DNA of 64,000 nucleotides, from positions 7,552,001 through 7,616,000 of the forward strand of contig CM000151.3 in NCBI GenBank assembly GCA_000004695.1. Direction: 5' to 3'. The first letter of the stretch is position 1. Each line of letters opens with the position of its first letter. Positions 56,901 to 64,000 of this stretch are shown piece after piece. The notes beneath the pieces were generated by a model, which had not been told where the DNA came from, made no database searches, and saw nothing but the letters and a program-made list of their open reading frames with translations. The position numbers and the translations under genes were made by a program. The DNA is from Dictyostelium discoideum (lineage: Eukaryota).

Positions 56901-57442
56901 GTAATAATAGTAATAGTAATAATAGTAGTATTAATAATAGTCCAACAACATCATCACCAATTGTAAATAGTGTTAATGGTAGTGGTAGTGGTAGTGGTGG
57001 TGGTGGCGGTAGTGAACAACAGGATGGTTCTACAAGTAATACAACAAATACAAGTGGTGAAAGAGAATTTAATGTTTTAAGAAGACAAACTTTATCAGCA
57101 AGAAGATCTCAAAATAATGCAACACCACCCCCACCACAATCACAATCTACCACTACTGCCAATACCAACACCACCACTACCAATGATAGTGCAAGTGATC
57201 ATAGTGATACTGATGAAAAGAAAAATGAAAAATCACATTCTAAAACTGGTACAGGTTGGTTCTCATCTTTAAGAAAGAAAAAGAAACATCCAAGTATTCA
57301 AGACACTTTTGGTCTAGATACTTCACCAATTACACCTTCCGATATAAAATCTTCTACCTCAACAACAACACCACCAACTTCAACTTCAACTTCAACTCCT
57401 CCACAATCAAACACTGTAATTTTAAAGCAAGATAACTTGTAG
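53969..57442 (+). CDS. Rho-family guanine-nucleotide exchange factor with CH (calponin-homology), IQ, DH and PH domains plus a long S/T/N-rich tail: join(53969..55243,55333..55530,55625..57442)
   Basis: CH domain: KWIEKILGEKL...LLFGKLMNGVVLCKLM...ENLCFYIQALEDIGI. IQ motif: IQAFFRGHLARKAYQKRVRF. DH domain: RHNIVKELLATEQVYIDSLDHV...TIGDIFEQF|TLYLKVYTQYVKEY...LILPIQRIPRYTLLLT|ELLKNT. PH-like region: FVFEGHLSV...VVYLFNDVLISTKP. Donors GTAAAG(55244) and GTAAGT(55531); acceptors tAG(55332) and tAG(55624); all phase 0. Confidence 0.75.
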
Positions 57443-57681
57443 ATATACTAATAATTATATTAGTAATAATAATAATAATAACAAATAAATAATAATAAAT
57501 TCAAAAAAGCAAATAAAAAAAAAAAATAAAAAAAAAAAAACAAATAAGTAATAACAAAAATAAAAATATTTTAAAAAACAAATTATTTAAATTATTTTAT
57601 AAATTTTATATGCACAATCTTATTTTATTTATTTTTTATTTTTTATTTTTTTTTTAACAATTTGTATTAAAAAAAAAAAGA

Positions 57682-58338
57682 TTAGGGTGATATTAAAACT
57701 GAACAATGTGAGGTACGGAGAACTTTTGAACTAACGGAACCAATTAATAATTTTTCTAAACTTGTACCAGTTGAACCTAATACAACACAATTTATTCCAT
57801 ATTTATTTGCAACATCTGTTATTGAGCCAGAGATATCATTTGAAGCAACCAATAGATAATGAATTTTACATTTATCATTTGATAAATTCTTATTGTTAAA
57901 ATAGTGAAATTCTTCTAATGCATTCACTTTTTTATGATTTGAATTTATAATTTGTTCATTCTTTGCTAATTTCTCTTCATCTGGGTCAACTAAATCGGGT
58001 ACACCAGAAAACATTTCAATTACCATCTTTGCAATCGTAGAACTATCAATCGGTTCATTATTTTCATTTGGATTTGGATGTGGTGGGTAAACCTATTATA
58101 ATCATTATTTATTTATTTTATTTTATTTTATTTTATTTTATTTTTAATAAATGAAAATATTAAATTATAAATATATTAATATAAAATAATTAATTAAATA
58201 TTTAAAAAAAAAAAAAAAAAGAAAGAAAATACATACAGAAACAAAATATAGTTCATCACCTTTATTTACAAATTTTAAAGTACTTTCAACAGCTTGTCTT
58301 GCTTTTTTTGACCCATCCAAACATAATAAATATTTCAT
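57682..58338 (-). CDS. Universal stress protein (UspA-family) domain protein: complement(join(57682..58092,58237..58338)), 170 aa
   Basis: MKYLLCLDGSKKARQAVESTLKFVNKGDELYFVS | VYPP...KIHYLLVASNDISGS...GINCVVLGSTGTSLEKLLIGSVSSKVLRTSHCSVLIS. Minus-strand donor GTATGT at 58236. The acceptor TATAATAG ends at 58093. Confidence 0.75.
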
Positions 58339-59509
58339 TTTTTATTTTTTTTTTTATTTTTTTTTTTTAATTATTTTATTTTTAAATATTGGTTGGTTTT
58401 ATTTTATTTCTTTTTTTAAATAATTATTATTATTTTTATTATTATTATTATTAGTTGCTTTTTTAATTTATTTATTTATTTTTTATTTTTTTATGAAAAT
58501 TATTTTTTTTATTATAATTATATTGTTTATTAAAATAAATCCTTTTTTTCATGATTTTTTTTTTTTTCTTTTAAAAAACTTATTTATTCATCTTCAAAAG
58601 GTCCTTATTTTAATTTTTTTTTTTTTTTTTTTTTTTTTAATATTTTTTTTATTTTTTTTTTTTAATTTTTTTTTTAATTTTTTTTTTTTAATTTTTTTTT
58701 GTTTTTTTTTTTTTTTTCCAAATCTGGAATACCCTTTTGTATTTATGAAAGGGCAAATTAAAACGAAACACAAAGTTGAGAGGACATTTTTTTTTTTCGC
58801 TTTGATTGGATATCTTTAAATTTTAACCAAAAAAAACAAAAATAAAAAAAACTCCCCAAATTAATAATTTTATAACTAACAAAGTAATCAATCAAATAAA
58901 GAAAAATTAAAATGGTAATTATTTTTTTTTAATTTTTTTTTTCTTGTAAATTACTAAAATAAAGATTTTTATTTTTATTTTTATTTTTATCAATCAGTTA
59001 AATTTTATTTGTATCCATTGATCGGAATTAAAAACTAAATTAAGTTAAAAAAAAAAAAAAAAAAAACATTGGTTTTTCAAAAAAAAAAATAAATAAAAAG
59101 TAATAGATAGAATTGAAGAAGTTTTATACCATTATAATTTTTGTTATACTTGTTTTTTTTTTTTTTTTTTTTTTTTTTGCATACGTACACAAAATTAAAT
59201 ATTTCTTGTTTTTTATTTTTTTTTTATTTATTTTCGAACCAATCCGAAGGTTTCTCAAAATAATGCAACTTGGATAAGTCGATTAAAAAAAAAAAAAAAA
59301 AAAAATTCAAAAATAATAAAATTTTTTTTTTTTTTTTCAAAATTAAATTTTATTCAAATAAAATAAAATTATTTTTATTTTAATTTAATTTAATTAAATT
59401 AATTCTTTTTGAAACGATGGTGCTGTGGTTAGGTTATTCGACAACCATATTAATATAGTCAAAATTCTTGATTTTTTGATATTATTTTGATTTTTTTATT
59501 TTAATTTAT

Positions 59510-59543
<34 letters not shown>

Positions 59544-59679
59544 ATCTTTGCGAGGATAAGATTAAATTTTTTTTTTTTCATTTTCATTTAATTAATTCTC
59601 TACAAACAATAAAAATCAACTAAAAAAAAAAAAAAAATTTTTATCAATTATTTTTTTGTACATAAATAATCAAAACATA

Positions 59680-59717
<38 letters not shown>

Positions 59718-61725
59718 TACATTTATTACATTTAATATTAATAAAAAATTTATAAATATATAAATATATAAATATATTATTTTTTAATTATTAAATAACC
59801 TTTTTTTTTTAAAATTTGTAAGTTTTAAATACTTTTATTCGAAATTATAATATGTTTTTTACAAAAAACACACCCACAACAATAGCAACAAATAAATTCT
59901 TTTTTTTTTTTTTTTATTTTCCAAATATTTTTTTTATAAATTTAATTTGACTGTTTTATTTTATTATTTTTTTGTTTCTTTAATAAAAATATTCAAATAA
60001 ATCAATACCCAATTACAAATCAATTTTTGATGTATTTTTTGATTTATTCTATTAATTGTTTAGAATTAAAAAAAAAAAAAAAAAAAAAAAAACAATAACT
60101 CCAATATATATTGTTTAAAATAAAAACAAAACAATAACAATATTATTATTATTATTTTCATACCCGAAAACCACCCATTTAAAACTCATTATTAGAATAT
60201 TTCCTTATTATTATTAAAAAAAAAAAAAAAAAAAACACCCCAAAATATAAATGGAATGATTGTTTTTGGAAGTGGGATAATAATAAAAAAAAATTTTATT
60301 TGTAAAATAAAATAAAAATCCCAAAAAAACTCAATTTGTGTGTATGTATGTGTGCTATTTCAAAAAAAAAAAAAAAAATTTATATTACCTTTTTATTTTA
60401 ATATTAAAAATTAAATAATTTTATTTAATTTTTTCACCTAATATGATCTAAAATGGATTTAAAATCGATATTTTCCATTAATGGATATCATTTATTATTG
60501 TATTAAATTAATTCTTAACAAGATTGACAATTATATCCATCTTTTTAATATTATCACACCACCACAACCACAACCACAACCACACACCATATTATCACAA
60601 GATTAAATACAAACAAATCATACACCAAACTTTAATTAATAAAAAACACACATATATAATAGTCATCGAACTATTTTAAATTGTTTTTGTTGTTTTTTTT
60701 TTTTTTTTTTTTTTTAATTCAAACAACACCTTATTTGGGCATATTTTAAATTTAATAAATTAAAATCTTTAAGTAAATCTTTTTTTAAAATTTACCCCAC
60801 CCCACACTTTTTTTAAAAACCACACACATCTTTTATTTTTACACGTCCATACAGAATTATTGTTTTTTTCATTGTGCAGTGTTATTTTTGTGTGGTCTGT
60901 GTGAGTGCGTGGGTAAAATGGGAATGTGCCTTTGTTTAGTGGATAAAATGGACAATGTGTGGATTTGTTTTTTTATTTTTTATTTTTTTTTTTTTTTCTT
61001 TTTATTATAAAAAATAATTAATAATAATTAATCAACGACAAAAATGTCTGATTATTATGTTGTGGTTTTTAAATTTTTGATGACTATTATGATGATGGGA
61101 ATATAATCATTAATATGGTGATGATGAATACCACCATTGATTGAAAAAAATAAAATAAAATAAAAAAAATAAAAAAAAATAAAAAATAATAATAAAAATA
61201 ATTATTTGGATTAAAATAAAAAATTAAAATTTAAAAAATTATCATTTTAATTTTCTCACCACTACCAAAAAAAAAAAAAAATAAATATTTATTTATTATC
61301 AATTTATATCACATAAAAAAGAATTTTTTTTTTTTTTTTTCCAATATTTTCATATTTATTTCATTCCTTCACATTTTTTTTTTTTTTTACCTTAATAAAA
61401 AATAAAAAAAAAAAAATAAAAAAAAAAAAAAAATAATAATAAAACAATTTAATTAATATAGATAAAACAGTAAATATTATTTTATTATTTATATAAAAAA
61501 ATTTTGAAAAAATTTAAAAAAATAATAATAATAATAATAATAACAATAATTAAAATAAAATCATATTATTTTCATTTACACAGAGCATCAAATTTGTATT
61601 TTTAATTTTATTTATTTCCATTTTAATAAATTTTTTTTTTTTTCAAAAAATATTATGTTTTTTTTTTTATTTTTTTTAATTAATTAAAAAAATATATCAA
61701 AGTAATATCAAAAATATATTTAATT

Positions 61726-61763
<38 letters not shown>

Positions 61764-62123
61764 ATTAATTAATTAATTTTTTTTTTTTCAATTTTTTTTT
61801 CCAACACCACAATCACATATTTGTTTTTTTTTTTTTTTTTTTTTTTCATTATTCATCAATTTCAAAAAAATACAAAAGTAATAATAGTTTTTTTTATTAT
61901 TTAATTATCATATAATTTTTTATTTGATTAAAAAAAAAAAAAAAATTAAAAAAAAAATTAAAAAAAACGAACGATCATAATAAATCAATTATTGGAATTG
62001 TTTATTTTTTTTTTTTCAATAATAAACAATAATCACTATCACAAAAAATATAAAAAAAATAAAAAAAAATAAAAAAAAACACTGCTCACACACTCACACT
62101 CGTGTTCATTATATCATTTTTTC

Positions 62124-62215
<92 letters not shown>

Positions 62216-63233
62216 CGTTTGGCCAGCAGTTCAAAATTATATTAACCAAAAAAATTTCTTATATTTAGGTATTTTTCACATAATTTTATAAAATATATAT
62301 TACAACGAGTCGATATTTTTTAATTATTATTTTTATTATCAAATTATAGATTTTCCACCCTTATTTTTTTTTTTTTTTTTAAATTAATAACAACAATCAA
62401 AACACTAATTATAGTTCAACACACATACACACACACACCCATAAATAAATATATATATAAATTATTCAAAAAACAACAATAGCAATATTATTATACACTT
62501 TTTTTCTTTAATAATTTTATTTTTTCAATTTTTTTTTTTTTTTTTTTATAAATAATATTAAATAAATATATCACACCCACCACTGTATACATTTCAACAA
62601 CAATAATTATAAATAACAACATTGCAATAACAATAATATTTATTGAACCCACTCAATAATACTATCATAACTACTACATTTTTAATCATTTCAATAAAAA
62701 GAGAAAAAAGAAAAAAGTAAACAAATTATATAAATATACACTCACTCATTAAAAAATAAAAATAAAAAAAAAATAAATAAAAATATTTTCAACACATATA
62801 CACACACACGCACACACATACATAGATAAAAATTATTTATTTGTAATAAACACACTCAAATATACCACACCCAAATATATCAATTAACACTTTAACACAC
62901 TAGCACACAGTTCAATCTTTGCTAGCAACATACAAAAAACATACCCAAAAACTAAAAAAAGAATAATCTTTTTAAATAATTTGTATTTGTGAGTGAAAAC
63001 ATTTCAAAAAATCATATACTCACACTTAACCCAATAAGATCAAGAATTAATCGATATAGTGTGGTGATACTATATTCAAAAAAAAAAAAAAAAAAAACAC
63101 TCTCTCTAATAAAAATAATAATAATAATATTATTATTATTAAATTTAACATACCCCACAAATACACACAACACTACCCACTCACAAACACCCACTAAAAA
63201 AAAATTTACATTGTTTTTACTATATAATACAAA

Positions 63234-63284
63234 ATGATGGGGGAATTTCATACACAATTTCAACAAATAAAACAAAATAATATA

Positions 63285-63315
<31 letters not shown>

Positions 63316-63507
63316 GTAATAATAATAATAATTTTGATCCAATAACATCACTAACAAATAATAATAATAATAAAATTATTTCACCATTAAATTCAAATCG
63401 TCAACAACCAAATTCAAATACAAATAATAATAGTAATAATAAAAATAATAATAAATCAAATCTTTTAGATATTATATTAGACAATAATAATTTAGAAAAT
63501 AATATTG

Positions 63508-63570
<63 letters not shown>

Positions 63571-63607
63571 GTAAATCAATAATTAATTTAATAGATAATA
63601 ATAATAA

Positions 63608-63648
<41 letters not shown>

Positions 63649-64000
63649 TTTTAAAAATACCCATTGATTATACTCCTGTCGATAAAAATACAGAGTCCAT
63701 TTTTAAAGGTTTTTCGCCATTTAGTTTTAAACAACAACAACCAATAGACACATCAGATCAACAACAAAAAGAAACTAAAAAACTTCAATTAAATATAAAT
63801 AGTAATAACAAAAATAATAATAATATTATTAATAATAGTAATAATAATAATAACATTAATAATATCGAAAGTAATAACAATAATTTAAATTCAGCATCTA
63901 CATCACCAATACCAACACCAACATCATTAACAGCAGTTAGTGTTCCATCAAGTTCTCCATTACCATCGCCTACTTCACCAAATACTATTTTACAATCGCC
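63234..64000 (+). CDS. 5' part of an N/T/S-rich protein gene that continues beyond the window end
   Basis: ATG in 'caaaATGatg' context at 63234. Frame 0 appears open to position 64000 through (AAT)n runs and non-repetitive segments (…[48 protein letters not shown]…[36 protein letters not shown]). It is not in the ORF track because no stop occurs inside the window. Confidence 0.45.

Noticed and set aside
59400-59470. Possible tRNA-like segment 'ggtgctgtggttaggttattcgacaacc'
   Set aside because: It lacks the conserved A/B boxes (TRGCNNAGTGG / GGTTCGANTCC). It cannot form a cloverleaf by eye.
63401-63664. Poly-L ORF 63401..63664 (-) and ORFs 62989..63237 and 63012..63275
   Set aside because: Antisense or out-of-frame translation of the (AAT)n tracts and upstream A-rich sequence of the N-rich gene.

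Overview
This window is nuclear DNA from a social amoeba; it reads like Dictyostelium discoideum. The evidence is about 78-80% A+T, very long homopolymer and (AAT)/(CAA) runs, poly-N/Q coding tracts, and short GTAAGT...AG introns that sit just downstream of 'aaaATG' starts. The supplied ORF track treats TTG/GTG as 'M' and reads through introns, so I rebuilt the gene models by hand from splice signals and remembered protein-family conservation.

Genes found, in order:
- an N/Q-rich nuclear-type gene (3133-5414) whose single intron is almost pure (TAT)n
- a clear PEX16 orthologue (5711-6988, minus)
- a three-exon gene combining an SSXT/SNH domain with a SHAQKYF Myb domain (7689-10546)
- Nramp1 (12058-13770), 533 aa
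- a secreted beta-propeller-like gene (14479-15330)
- a protein with two doublecortin (DCX) domains (15785-16933, minus)
- an A20/AN1 zinc-finger protein (17897-18418, minus)
- a tandem array of alpha-crystallin small heat-shock genes (hspG-like), interleaved with a minus-strand two-exon GNAT acetyltransferase gene, from about 20.5 to 37 kb
- two tandem paralogous EGF-repeat type-I membrane glycoprotein genes (37219-41090 and 41644-46450, minus)
- an alkylglycerol monooxygenase (TMEM195/AGMO) orthologue (48198-49889)
- CHMP7 (49973-51585, minus)
- TRAPP Bet3 (52054-52789, minus)
- a CH-IQ-DH-PH RhoGEF (53969-57442)
- a universal-stress-protein gene (57682-58338, minus)
- the 5' part of an N-rich gene running off the window end (63234 onward)

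The hspG/GNAT array is the most notable structure: 7 sHSP copies (5 intact, 2 pseudogenes) and 3 intact GNAT copies plus 1 pseudogene and 1 remnant. Other points worth a second look:
- a GC-rich island inside the array with a DUSE-like CCCATAA motif about 60 bp upstream on the minus strand and a T-run end, a candidate small ncRNA gene
- an expansion of a 120-bp EGF repeat in only one of the two adjacent membrane-protein paralogs, with near-identical 3' halves suggesting gene conversion
- apparent frame disruptions in the 5' exon of the second paralog and in Bet3
- a 5-kb intergenic region carrying CA/GT-rich (G-box-like) islands
- a Met-less Cys-rich open frame at 475-963

No CRISPR array, tRNA or rRNA was recognised. 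No clearly intact transposon was found, apart from an odd G/C-homopolymer-bearing segment at about 46.6-47.5 kb.
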